This document shows, one piece after another, positions 26,196-38,526 of a DNA stretch of 64,000 bases (position 1 is its first letter; every line of letters starts with the position of its first letter). The translations under genes were made by a program, and so were the position numbers. Under the pieces are notes generated by a model, which was not told the DNA's origin, made no database searches, and was given only the letters and a program-made list of their open reading frames with translations. The DNA lies in the NCBI GenBank assembly GCA_032718475.1, contig JAUCBJ010000015.1, positions 1-64,000 of the forward strand, read 5' to 3'. The DNA is from Nemertoderma westbladi. Lineage: Eukaryota; Animalia; Xenacoelomorpha.

Positions 26196-26659
26196 TAATT
26201 TTATTTGAAAAAGGCTCCTTTTCTCACTAATATTTTTAAAATTGAGTTAATTAATCTAACTTTTTACACTAATTTCCAGAAAATTAGTTTAAAAGTCTTT
26301 TTTAACTAATTTTTACTTTTTTAACTTATTTTTTGTTTTTTAAACTAATTTTTAATTTTTTTAACTAATTTTTAATTTTTTAACTAATTTTTTATTTTTA
26401 TTAACTAATTTTTTATTTTTTTATTTAATGAACTATGTGGCCTATTCACTACACAATATAATCAAATTTGATACATATACAGTAAGTTGCTGGTGAATAA
26501 TGATGATATATGTAATATAGACCGATGCTTGTCAGCTATACAGGGTGTATGCATTTATTTGAGATTCCGTATTAAAATATAGTAATATTATACGTCGTAA
26601 ACATTGATAACGCTGGTGATATTTTTTTCAAATAAAACAATATACTGTCAATTCGATAT

Positions 26660-26890
26660 AAAAACGTAACGGAAAACACTATTTTCCACTCATTTTCTTT
26701 AGATAAATTCAGATATTCTGCCCTTGTGTGTTGAGTTTTCCACTCGTTGCAGCGTTGGCATTTTAACACTCGCTTCGCTCGTGCTAAAAACCTGCCAACT
26801 CTTGTAAAACTCAACCACTCAGACAGAATAGTTGAATTTCGCAACATTGAAAATGAGTGAAAAAAAGCGGCGTTTTCCGCTTACTTTTTT
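26660..26890. mobile_element. Fold-back element with CTCGCTTCGCTCG centre
   Basis: CACTCATTTTC/GAAAATGAGTG, TTGAGTTTT/AAAACTCAA and GTTGGCA/TGCCAAC are nested inverted pairs around ~26770. Confidence 0.7.
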
Positions 26891-29334
26891 GTCCTTCTGA
26901 CCAGATCTACAGTTATTTAGTTTAGTTTTTAGTTGAATAGGCCTATACCAGTATACCTAACGTACCGGACCAGGTGCCACGTTATTACAGTATTATTGTA
27001 GTTCTCCTACTCCTACGTTCACCTGTTACTGATTGTCTGATTCAAGGTCGACGTCAACCAGCTTCTACTGCAGTACTGCGTACTGTTCTAGTGTTTTGCT
27101 TGCGGACGGGTGTCGCTTCTGCCTACTGGAAACCAGAAAGCTAAAGCCTGAACAGCTGAAAGCATCCCAACAATAGCTGAATACTGAATAGGCCTACACA
27201 GATACAGCCATACCGGTACTGCAGTACTACCGGCTGACCGGTACACAAGAGGATACGCAATACAGCAATAGGACTGCTAAGGTTAGTCAATCTATCACTG
27301 TATCAGTTAGTATATCTGTATATAGTCCAGTCTGCCTGTACAGCTGAAGTCTTGACAGCTTGATCCTGTATCTGTGATGCTACTTTCAGACATTGTATTT
27401 CCGGCATCCGGTCAGCTTACAGGCTGACAGGCTTACACCGTACACTCGTACAGCACAGCCGTATACAGCATACAGGTCAGCAGGTATACTGGTATGGTAT
27501 AGCAGTATGCAGTACGGTACTGCAGTATATGCCAGTATGCAGACAGGTCTGCCTGTCTGCTGTTGCTCTCTGGCCCCTACTGTACTAGCCGGTCAGCCGG
27601 TACGGTACCCAGGTGCCAGGTACCCGTACAACCGTACCAGTGCTGCAATGTCTTAATATACCCGTACAGACTGACTTGACAGAGCACAGACTGACACTCT
27701 GACAGAGGCAGATCAGCAGATAAACGCAGATAATCACGTAAAATGCTAAAATAGCCAATATTACTGTATTAATAAGCGGAATGTGGAATGGTAATGCAGT
27801 AGGCCTAATTCAGTAATTCATAATTGCTAATGGCAAATACCACCTACTGCACTGTACTTCAGTACCTACGGCAGTACGGTTCGGTATGCCTACCGTACTT
27901 CCATTGCATACAACCGTGCAAAATGAAAATGTAAAACGCGTAACGGCCAGGCAGACCGGTACGGAAAGGCAAAACAGCAAATGGGGTACCGGTAGCACGT
28001 ACGGCTGTACGGTAGCATATGCAGATGGTATAAAATAAGTTTAATAACCTATGCCTCTAATTTAAATAAACATTACTGCATTACATCATTAGGCCCTATA
28101 AAAGGAATTAAAAATACATTACTGGTATGGTAATATTATTAGGCCTACAAGTCATTATTTAAAGATAATTACGGTGACAATTATGGTGAGAATAGCAACA
28201 AACTACCGGTATTTGAACATTTAGCTTTTAATATGTTCAAATATCTATCTACCGCCTACCGGTATCAAAAAAATGAAAATATTAAAGATGTGACTAAGAC
28301 TGTTGCGTTGAAGTACCGGTACCCAGGTACCTAGATTGTATGTGATCATGTTTACTGTTAAGTTCGATTGACATTGATATAGGCCTACCATTTATATTTT
28401 ATAATTTATCCATTTATCTTAATAGATAACTTGTTTGTCGCGTTCAGTGCACCTTCACTCCAGGTGTTATGTATCAACTCAGCTCGTCAACTCGACATAT
28501 ATCAATAATTAAAGTTCACATGTGGTGCAATGTGGTGCTATCCAAAGACAACTGCACATGTTAAAAGTATTTCAAGATCGAAGTTGTACCGAGATGAGCA
28601 ACTTGCACTAATTTGCTATGGTGACCATAAATTGAGCGCTTGTAGATGTGCTGGGCACCTTTTTGACAGTCATAGTTACAACTGACATCAACCGAATGCA
28701 AGAAAAATTCAGACAATCTATGTTTCCCCAGCCATCATATTATATAGATATGGTACCGGACCGGTACCATATTTACCGGTAGCAAAAAACAATTCTGAAT
28801 GGTATTTAGTATTATTAGTTGCACTATGATGCAAACATTAGTCATACAAACACAGAACATACGTTCTTCTTCATCCCATCCCAGCTGTAGTTCCAAATCA
28901 CACAAGTTCATCACCTCTTTGAGATCTCAGCATTGTTGGTCACTCCATTTTCCATAAACTCGTATAAGGCTGCATGTTAGCATCAAACAACAGCTATAAT
29001 TTGTTCCACTAATCAATGCACTACATCGAGTTACTACATAAGATTATTTTACCATCAGAAAAAATCTGTTTTATTTTCATCAGATTTTCAACAATCATAC
29101 TCAATCAATGATGTGATTCCAATTAGCTGCAATAATTCTGGTTTATGAATGGGGATAATAAAATTGTTATATGCGGCTGAAAAAAGCATTTTATTAGTTC
29201 AATACCTTGCAAGATGAATGAAGCCTTGAAGACGGCTTATCACCAATTGGTAAAGTTATTATAAATGTCCAGCATCCTAAAAGTCATAAATGTTCTTATC
29301 TGGATATGTTAAATACTTCAACAGAGAGAGTCAT

Positions 29335-30187
29335 ACCATCAATGTTACTTTCTAAATGTTTCCATCCTCATAGTTTCTTAAACAGAGCCAGGCGTATCAA
29401 CAAAGTTACTTCTAAATGTTTCCATCATCATAGTTTCTTAAACAGAGCCAGGCGTATCAACAAAGTTACTTCTAAATGTTTCCATCATCATAGTTTCTTA
29501 AACAGAGCCAGGCGTATCAACAAAGTTACTTCTAAATGTTTCCATCATCATAGTTTCTTAAACAGAGCCAGGCGTATCAACAAAGTTACTTCTAAATGTT
29601 TCCATCCTCATAGTTTCTTAAACAGAGCCAGGCGTATCAACAAAGTTACTTCTAAATGTTTCCATCTCATAGTTTCTTAAACAGAGCCAGGTGTATCAAC
29701 AAAGTTACTTCTAAATGTTTCCATCATCATAGTTTCTTAAACAGAGCCAGGTGTATCAACAAAGTTACTTCTAAATGTTTCCATCCTCATAGTTTCTTAA
29801 ACAGAGCCAGGCGTATCAACAAAGTTACTTCTAAATGTTTCCATCATCATAGTTTCTTAAACAGAGCCGGACGTATCAACAAAGTTACTTCTAAATGTTT
29901 CCATCCTCATAGTTTCTTAAACAGAGCCAGACGTATCAACAAAGTTACTTCTAAATGTTTCCATCCTCATAATTTCTTAAACAGAGCCAGGCGTATCAAC
30001 AAAGTTACTTCTAAATGTTCCCATCCTCATAGTTTCTTGAACAGAGCCAGGCGTATCAACAAAGTTACTTCTTTATGTTTCCATCATCATAGTTTCTTAA
30101 ACAGAGCCATGCGTATCAACAAAGTTACTTCTAAATGTTTCCATCATCATAGTTTCTTAAACAGAGCCATGCGTATCAACAAAGTTA
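29335..30187. repeat. 60-bp minisatellite (~14 copies) with degenerate relatives to ~31080
   Basis: CAAAGTTACTTCTAAATGTTTCCATCMTCATAGTTTCTTAAACAGAGCCAGGCGTATCAA repeats in register with the 60-nt lines. Confidence 0.96.
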
Positions 30188-32574
30188 GGCTACTTTCTAA
30201 ATGTTCTCACACCCACAGTTGTAGATTATTCATCAGAACGAGCACTGGGATTGACTCATGTTAAACAAAGTTAATTTCTAAATGCCTACATCTATAGTTG
30301 TAAATACTCCATTAAAGAGAGCCTTATCAACCTAATTGTTCCCATACATACAGTTGTAGATCTTCATCAAACACAGGCATATCAACAAAGCACCAATCAA
30401 GTTCAACAAAGTTACTTCTAAATGTTCCCATTCACAGTTGTAGATATTTGCTCCATCAGAGCATGGCAAATTGACAAAGTTTCTTTCAAAATTTCCCCAA
30501 CAATTGTATATTATTCATCAGAACGAGCACCAAGCAAGTTCAACAAAGTTACTTCTAAATGTTTCCACCCACATTTTTAGATTATTCATCTGAACGAGCA
30601 CTGGGATTGACTCATGTTAAACAAAGTTAATTTCTAAATGCCTGCATCTATAGTTGTAAATACTCAATTAAAGAGAGCCTTATCAACCTAATTGTTCCCA
30701 TACATACATACAGTTGTATATTATTCATCAGAACGAGCACAAAGTTTCTTCTAAATGTAACCAACAACAGTTGTAGATATTTCCTCCATCAGTGTTAGTA
30801 GTAGATTATTCATCACAACGAACACGAATCAAGTTCAACAAAGTTACTTCTAAGTTACTTCTTTCTAAATGTTACCAACAATGGTTGTAAATATTTGCTC
30901 CACCAGAGCCCGGCATATCGGCAAAGTTATTTTCTAAATCTTCGCAACAGGTGTAGATTATTCATCAGATCGAGCACCAATCAATTCAACAAAGTTACTG
31001 CTAAATGTTCCCATCAACAATTATAAATTATTCATTAGAACCAGCACCAAGAAAATCCCGGTTCACCAAAGTTACATTCTAAAGTAGTTACTTTGTGACA
31101 CTTTCTATCCATGTATCCAGATCCACTGGTTCCACGATTCATTCGGTTTGGTATAAAGTTGTACCATGACCAGCTTCTGTCATCCCATATTAGTTGGTTG
31201 TAAACAAGTTGTTTGATCATGATACTACCAATCGATGTTTGCGCTATTTCAGTGCCAATGGTATGAGATACTGCATACCTGATTATATCTGAATTGTTCA
31301 TCATAATGCGCTGGATACCCCCTGCTATTTGTATTAGCTTCAATCCAGCCTCAGGTATATTCTTATAAATATTAAATACTGCCATAGGTGCATTCTCAGT
31401 TCCTCACGTTAAATTTAATAAAAATAGTCCTTGTAATGGTAGGATGAATCAGACAACACCATCTCCACCACATTACACGAACACGGTCGCCTCCGCCACC
31501 CCCCCCCCCCCCCCCCCCCTAATTTTTCTGCTATTCTAAATGAAAATGAGAACGCAGGAATTTTGAAATATACGTTTGTATGAGATCCGGACTTCTTAAT
31601 GGGTGAGAATGAATTGTTACATTATCTTTCAATATTTTACTACAAGCGTTAGTAAAAGGTGTCTCCGTCGACATTGCACCAATGAGCACAGTGCATACAG
31701 CTTAGTTTTTCTTCACCGTAAATCCGCGTAATAGTCGATTGTTAGTGTTGAATACTGGAACTGTTGGTTTGTTTTGCAGTGTGATTTGTTTCAATGTCGG
31801 TCGATGGTCGGTGCACCCTTTTTAAAAGCTTGTAGCTAAAGAATGAAGGAGAGGGGTGGAGGTGAAACGATCTTTGTTTCAAATTTCATGCAATCTCATT
31901 AAGATTTAAACAATAGATTCAATAACCTTGCAACCCGTGAAATAATAATTTATTTAAATTTTAGAAATACAACAACACAAAATATAGTTTTAATATTAAT
32001 ATTAACAATATATGATACACAATGATATAATTTATTTTCAGAGGGAAAAGCAATCAAATTTCATCCCAATTGCTTTTTTCTGATTACTTGTGCCATCGGA
32101 TGCATCCGTATTTGGCCTCAAACAGAGTATCGGCATTTCGGCAAGATATATTTTATACAAATTCAGTTGTTATCCCTACCATTTTCTTATTGCTCATATT
32201 GTGGCTCAGATTTTACCATTATCACAAAAAATGATACAATTAATTGATCATACATGACGGATTGAAGGATGGACATTATATAAATAAAATAAAAATGCAA
32301 AATTAGAATTAAGAATGCATCATTATACGTAAATTTCAATAAAATAAAGTTAATAGTTGAGAATAAGATTAGTTCTCGTATTAGTTGTTTAATCCCCAGC
32401 TGACATGTCAACACATTTTAAGCCAAATATTTTAAGAACATGATGCCAAATTTTAGTGGTTATTATTTAACACAAAAAGTGTGTAATACGTTTATTAATA
32501 TATTCGAGAAGTAATGTATCACAATATATATAATATATATAATAATTCAATTTATTCAATTAGGTTAATAAACT

Positions 32575-33232
32575 ATGTCTCGACGATATGATAACGAACA
32601 CGGTGATTCTGAGAATAAAGTTTACATTGGGGGGCTAGGTGATGCTGCAGTAGGCCGTCACAAAGAGTTCGAGAGAGTTTTCGGCTACTACGGTCCTCTA
32701 AAGAACGTGTGGATCGCCCAGCAACCGCCCGGGTTCGCCTTCGTGTTCTTCGAGGATCGACGTGACGCAGAGGATGCGGCACGGGCGCTGGACGGACGCG
32801 AAATATGCGGCGTGAAAGCGGCGGTGGAGTTGAGCACCGCCCGGGGCGGGGAGCGTGGTGGTGGTGGTGGGTGGTGGGCGTTTCCGTGGTGGAGGGGGGC
32901 GCAACACCGGGAGGGATGAGGCCTGTTACGAGTGCGGGAGAGTGGGGCACTACGCGCGGCAATGTCGGTTCGCGCGCGGGCGTAGTAGGTCGCCCCCACC
33001 GCGGTACCGAGGGGGCAGTAGGTCTCCCCCACCCAGGTACCGAGGGGGCAGTCGGTCCCCCCCACCCAGGTATCGCGGGGGCAGTCGGTCCCCCCCACCC
33101 AGGTACCGAGGGGGCAGTCGGTCCCCCCAGCCCAGGTACCGAGGGGGCAGCAGGACCCCACCTCGCAGTGGGTCGCCGCCAGCTCGTTACGGGAGGTCAT
33201 TCAGAGAGCGCCGTACCCCGGACTATGAATGA
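32575..33232 (+). CDS. SRSF7: SR splicing factor, SRSF7/9G8-like (RRM + CCHC zinc knuckle + RS/RSPPP repeats), ~218 aa if one extra G at ~32869-32871 is removed; intronless CDS; may be a pseudogene
   Basis: KVYIGGLG...[44 protein letters not shown] (SRSF3/7 RRM) in one frame; [14 protein letters not shown] and [12 protein letters not shown] repeats in the next; the frames join at GGTGGTGGTGGTGGGTGGTGGG. Confidence 0.8.
32984..33160 (+). repeat. 30-bp coding repeat ([11 protein letters not shown]) x5-6 in the RS domain
   Basis: AGTCGGTCCCCCCCACCCAGGTACCGAGGGGGC and variants with synonymous differences. Confidence 0.9.
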
Positions 33233-33855
33233 TCATCGAAACAGTTTGGATCGGCACTGTCCAACTGTCTGTACTCAGTGTTGTACTGGTACCTACCAGT
33301 ACCGAGGGGTACGAGTTTAAACTTTAATTTTCTAGCTAAGACTTTAGACGTATATGTTCGATATATTATTTTACAAGCCCGAATTTACCAAATGAATGAA
33401 TCAGAGACAATACAAAAAAGATTACTGATAGCCGGAAAGCAAGTAATGACGAAATGTATGTGTAAGGCCATTTAAATTTTAATGTTTCGCACCCGTTTTT
33501 CGTCCTATTTTAGTCTATCGGAAATTCAATCAAATTTTTCCTGATAACTTTGGATTATCCGAACCTCAATCGTTCATATAATAACCGTTAATGTGTTGAT
33601 GTAGTCTCTACTAACTAACTATATTGCTTGGATACACTACATGTTCACTTATATTTTTATTTCACTCTTATTATTTACTTTAATCAGGGCATTTTGATAG
33701 GAATAATTGTATATGACTTGTGTTTGATTGGATTAGAGTTGTATAAATTCACATCGCAGATAATTAAATTCATTGAATTTCTTTAAACTCCATAATTAGT
33801 AAAAGGTTATTGGTGGAAACCTCGGCTTCAATCTCTTATTGGATAAAACTAGGAG

Positions 33856-35625
33856 GTACTGTTATACTTTATTTCCCGTGCGTACTGTTATACTTTATTA
33901 CCCGTGCGTTCTGTTATACTTTATTACCCGTGCGTACTGTTATACTTTATTGCCCTTGCGTACTGTTATACTTTATTACCCGTGCGTTCTGTTATACTTT
34001 ATTACCCGTGCGTTCTGTTATACTTTATTACCCGTGCGTACTGTTATACTTTATTACCCGTGCGTACTGTTATACTTTATTACCCGTGCGTACTGTTATA
34101 CTTTATTACCCGTGCGTTCTGTTATACTTTATTACCCGTGCGTACTGTTATACTTTATTACCCGTGCGTACTGTTATACTTTATTACCCGTGCGTTCTGT
34201 TATACTTTATTACCCGTGCGTTCTGTTATACTTTATTACCCGTGCGTACTGTTATACTTTATTACCCGTGCGTACTGTTATACTTTATTACCCGTGCGTA
34301 ACCCGTGCGTACTGTTATACTTTATTACCCGTGCGTACTGTTATACTTTATTACCCGTGCGTACTGTTATACTTTATTACCCGTGCGTAACCCGTGCGTA
34401 CTGTTATACTTTATTACCCGTGCGTACTGTTATACTTTATTACCCGTGCGTACTGTTATACTTTATTACCCGTGCGTAACCCGTGCGTACTGTTATACTT
34501 TATTGCCCTTGCGTACTGTTATACTTTATTACCCGTGCGTTCTGTTATACTTTATTACCCGTGCGTACTGTTATACTTTATTACCCGTGCGTACTGTTAT
34601 ACTTTATTACCCGTGCGTACTGTTATACTTTATTACCCGTGCGTTCTGTTATACTTTATTACCCGTGCGTACTGTTATACTTTATTACCCGTGCGTACTG
34701 TTATACTTTATTACCCGTGCGTACTGTTATACTTTATTACCCGTGCGTACTGTTATACTTTATTACCCGTGCGTACTGTTATACTTTATTACCCGTGCGT
34801 TCTGTTATACTTTATTACCCGTGCGTACTGTTATACTTTATTACCCGTGCGTACTGTTATACTTTATTACCCGTGCGTACTGTTATACTTTATTGCCCTT
34901 GCGTACTGTTATACTTTATTACCCGTGCGTACTGTTATACTTTATTACCCGTGCGTACTGTTATACTTTATTACCCGTGCGTACTGTTATACTTTATTAC
35001 CCGTGCGTACTGTTATACTTTATTACCCGTGCGTACTGTTATACTTTATTACCCGTGCGTACTGTTATACTTTATTGCCCTTGCGTACTGTTATACTTTA
35101 TTACCCGTGCGTACTGTTATACTTTATTACCCGTGCGTACTGTTATACTTTATTGCCCTTGCGTACTGTTATACTTTATTACCCGTGCGTACTGTTATAC
35201 TTTATTACCCGTGCGTACTGTTATACTTTATTACCCGTGCGTACTGTTATACTTTATTACCCGTGCGTACTGTTATACTTTATTACCCGTGCGTAACCCG
35301 TGCGTACTGTTATACTTTATTACCCGTGCGTACTGTTATACTTTATTACCCGTGCGTACTGTTATGCTTTATTACACGTGCGTACTGTTATACTTTATTA
35401 CCCGTGCGTACTGTTATACTTTATTACCCGTGCGTACTGTTGTACTTTATTACCCGTGCGTACTGTTATACTTTATTACCCGTGCGTTCTGTTATACTTT
35501 ATTACCCGTGCGTTCTGTTATACTTTATTACCCGTGCGTACTGTTATACTTTATTACCCGTGCGTTCTGTTATACTTTATTACCCGTGCGTACCTGTTAT
35601 ACTTTATTACCCGTTAATACTGTTT
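33856..35625. repeat. 26-bp minisatellite TACTGTTATACTTTATTACCCGTGCG (~68 copies)
   Basis: Directly visible, with recurrent variant and internally deleted units. Confidence 0.97.
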
Positions 35626-36292
35626 TACTTTATTGCTCTGCGCATTTATTGTTCTGCTGTATTCCTCATATAGTTTATTATTCGTTATGAATAAATCATT
35701 GCTTAATACTTTATTGAGTCAAAACGTTTTAGTGACGAGAATTCCCTCCTTATTTCAAATGATTAATTGATTATAATGCGAAGCCTCTCCCAGCTTGTAC
35801 AGACCATGTTGTCATCAAAGATAACAGAAGTAAATAACAGTACCGGTTCAACTGAGCTGCTCTACTCGAACCTTAACATTCCGTTTGACCGTTTTACGAA
35901 TTCCAAATCCTTGACAAACTATTCAACGCTACCCACGCCTACCCCTTACATATCCGTAGGTGTTTACGTGACATCCGAGTCATGTTAACAAAATGTCAAC
36001 ATTTTGAGTCTGGGAGTTAAAAAAAAGGACCAATACCTGAAGCAGCCTGCTCCAATGAGCTGGGTATTCGCTGGGCTCCTAGTGATTCCAATAATAACAG
36101 TTTAGATCGGTAAGATGCTCGGCTGGATTTCGACTTCTAGTGCCAGTAGGGGGGGTTACCATCACCCTGGTCTAAGATATAATATGTATAGATTTTCGTC
36201 ATTTTGAATCTAAATACCCTAATAAAGAATGTTGTTAAATTTAAGATACCAAGTTAAACAAATGAAATAATTCAAATACAACCAGGATTATC

Positions 36293-36560
36293 TTTATTAC
36301 AATGTAGCCTATTACAGTGGTAACATCCTACTACATTTACATTCCGTCTTAACAATCAGTTACCAGTAACTCTCAACAATGTCAGTCTTAGCAATCAGTC
36401 GAAGCCCATAAATGGCCCTTCATCAGATTCTCACACCGAATCAACATCCGAGAAATCGTTCTCCCTTTCATTTAAAGCTGTCTCCTCAAGGTCTTCTTCA
36501 TCATCACATCCCCTAAATTGATCATTGCAGTTATGTGGGAATTCTGGATGCCTTGAGATA
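36293..36560 (-). pseudogene. Possible remnant of an acidic transposase-like C-terminus followed by AATAAA
   Basis: Minus strand reads ...DDEEDLEETALNERENDFSDVDSV*ESDEGPFMGFD*, reminiscent of acidic FxGF tails of pogo/Tigger-type proteins; no catalytic domain visible. Confidence 0.25.
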
Positions 36561-36864
36561 ATTAGAAGTATAATTTTTAGTGTATTTGTCAATATCGCAT
36601 CAAGGCGCTAATGTTGACTTGAACCGGACTTCACATATTCTGCAATATCTTAAAAACTATTCGCTCTATGCTTGTTTTGAATGTGTCTACACCAACGAAA
36701 TCGGTCATTGCGGTTCTAATGAGCATAATATCCATGCGGTAGGAATACTAGAAGTTTATAATCACAGAAATGGAGAATATGACTCACTTGCGGCAAGGGC
36801 GGGAACTGGACGTGGACATGTGAAAGAATTTAATACTAACATTTTCAGTTGGGGTCAACAACAA

Positions 36865-37076
36865 GGGTCAGAGTAAAACGCGGATCCGGATTCTACATTT
36901 AACATTATCCGTACGAAAGTCGATTTTTTTTACATTTGTATAACTCCAAAAAATAAAACTATAACCTGTTCTATTCACTTCAGTTTATAGTTTTGGTTAA
37001 AATAACGTGCCACTGTAACCTGCTCCTTTCCCTTAATTGATAATTTTGGGATCCGGATCCGCGTTTACACCTACCC
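36865..37076. mobile_element. MITE, 212 bp, 3-bp TSD CAA (PIF/Harbinger-like)
   Basis: GGGTCAGAGTAAAACGCGGATCCGGAT / ATCCGGATCCGCGTTTACACCTACCC imperfect TIRs; CAA at 36862-36864 and 37077-37079. Confidence 0.72.
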
Positions 37077-38440
37077 CAACAACAATTATGTAGCAAATTG
37101 TGCAAGAAATTGGAATATGTATAGGCCCTACCTTTTTACCTAACAATGACAAGAACTAGTCCCACGATTTCATTTTATGTGGGACCGGGCGACGGATCAA
37201 GCATCTACTGTACTATGATGCCACGGTGGGTCTAGTTCCCGGAATCTCCAACAATAAGGGGGGGGGGGGGCGCTTATTGACCCCTTACTGAACACATTAT
37301 ACGAATTATAAATATGTCTTAAAATTAAATTTATAATTAAAATTTATTTAATATAATTTTATAAAATTAATAATTTAATTAAAAATTATAATACGAATGT
37401 ATTTGGTGTGAAATGACAGAAATCACCAAATATGTTTCTAGTGAGTTTATAAACTTTATTAAATTTAAATAAAATTACTAAGAGAAAAGAGCAGGTTACT
37501 GTGTCGATATTTTCTAACCAAAACAATAAATAAAACTTTATTTCCATTGCGGTCAATTTGCGCTGAAGAACATATTTTTCCTTGCAATCATAGTGCACCA
37601 ATATATGCACTGCTCACAGGGTTTGTCACAAACTCACTGACCCCTCTCCTCTCCCCGATATTAGCCGTGACGTAATTTATGAACTGCCCTTCAATAAATA
37701 TATACTGTATGTACAAATTAACATTTTAAACGTTAAAAATCTCAACAAAATTTTTGCTCGCTTCGTTCGCGAATTTGTCTCTCTTGCATACTGTAGTTCA
37801 CTTTTCAATCCCCCCATCCCCTTCCCAGAATCCCTTCCCTTCCCAGTGGCTACGCCACTGTGACTGTGAGTAACCTGAGTAAATCTATAATATTTTTTAT
37901 AATTATCATTTGGAATAATTTTCACCCAACAATATAATTATCATAGAGAACAGTGCACATCAATTTAAGTACTCAAACTAATTTGCTACGTAACAAATAT
38001 ACAATAAACTGAAAACCTGATGTACTTTACACAACCGTAACAGAAATTGGCCCATACGTCTTTTAATTATAGTGCAATTTCTCAAAATGAACCTTTCAAC
38101 GCAACGGTTTATAGCGCTTATTTCTGTCTTATAACCTGTATAGATACAGTACTTATTCGTTTATTGTTTTGGTTAGAATCTCTCCTTCTGAAACCTGTGG
38201 TTTTAGTGAAAACTTGGCATTCTTCACATGGGGGTAAACTGCAAAGTGAAATGTAACAGCATAAAGTCTGGTATACTTCACATGGGGGCTTGTGTCTGTG
38301 TGGGGCGAGACACGTAGTCGGCGAGCCTTGGTATGCGGTTCATATAGCAGGGCAAATGGTGCATGTCCGTCCGTCTGTCTGTCTGGTAAATATTTGAACG
38401 CGAATTTCTCGGCATCGCTGGTTCGGAATTGAACCAAACT

Positions 38441-38526
38441 TAGTAGGTAAGTAGTACTACTACTTACCTACTATTATTTTCTAAACTTTACCTCTACTAC
38501 TGTAGTAGAGGTAAAGTTTAGAAAAT
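38441..38526. repeat. Two back-to-back perfect hairpins (16-bp and 25-bp arms, 1-nt loops)
   Basis: TAGTAGGTAAGTAGTA-C-TACTACTTACCTACTA and ATTTTCTAAACTTTACCTCTACTAC-T-GTAGTAGAGGTAAAGTTTAGAAAAT. Confidence 0.92.

Noticed and set aside
29306-30264. His-rich 20-aa repeat ORFs (HHHSFLNRARRINKVTSKCF)
   Set aside because: A consequence of the 60-bp unit; a 1-nt deletion shifts the frame mid-array and there is no splice or codon evidence.
31035-31385. 116-aa minus-strand ORF
   Set aside because: No recognisable motif; runs into the degenerate repeat; cannot be supported without a homology search.
32573-33320. Antisense and alternative-frame ORFs over the SR gene
   Set aside because: Expected shadow ORFs of a GC-rich coding sequence.
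33856-35673. 26-bp satellite as a third splice-site-derived array (GAG|GTACTG at its start, CATATAG at 35673) and its TACTTTATTACCC similarity to the ZMYND10 repeat
   Set aside because: The donor is weak, there are no flanking coding exons to anchor an intron, and the shared core is short and AT-rich.
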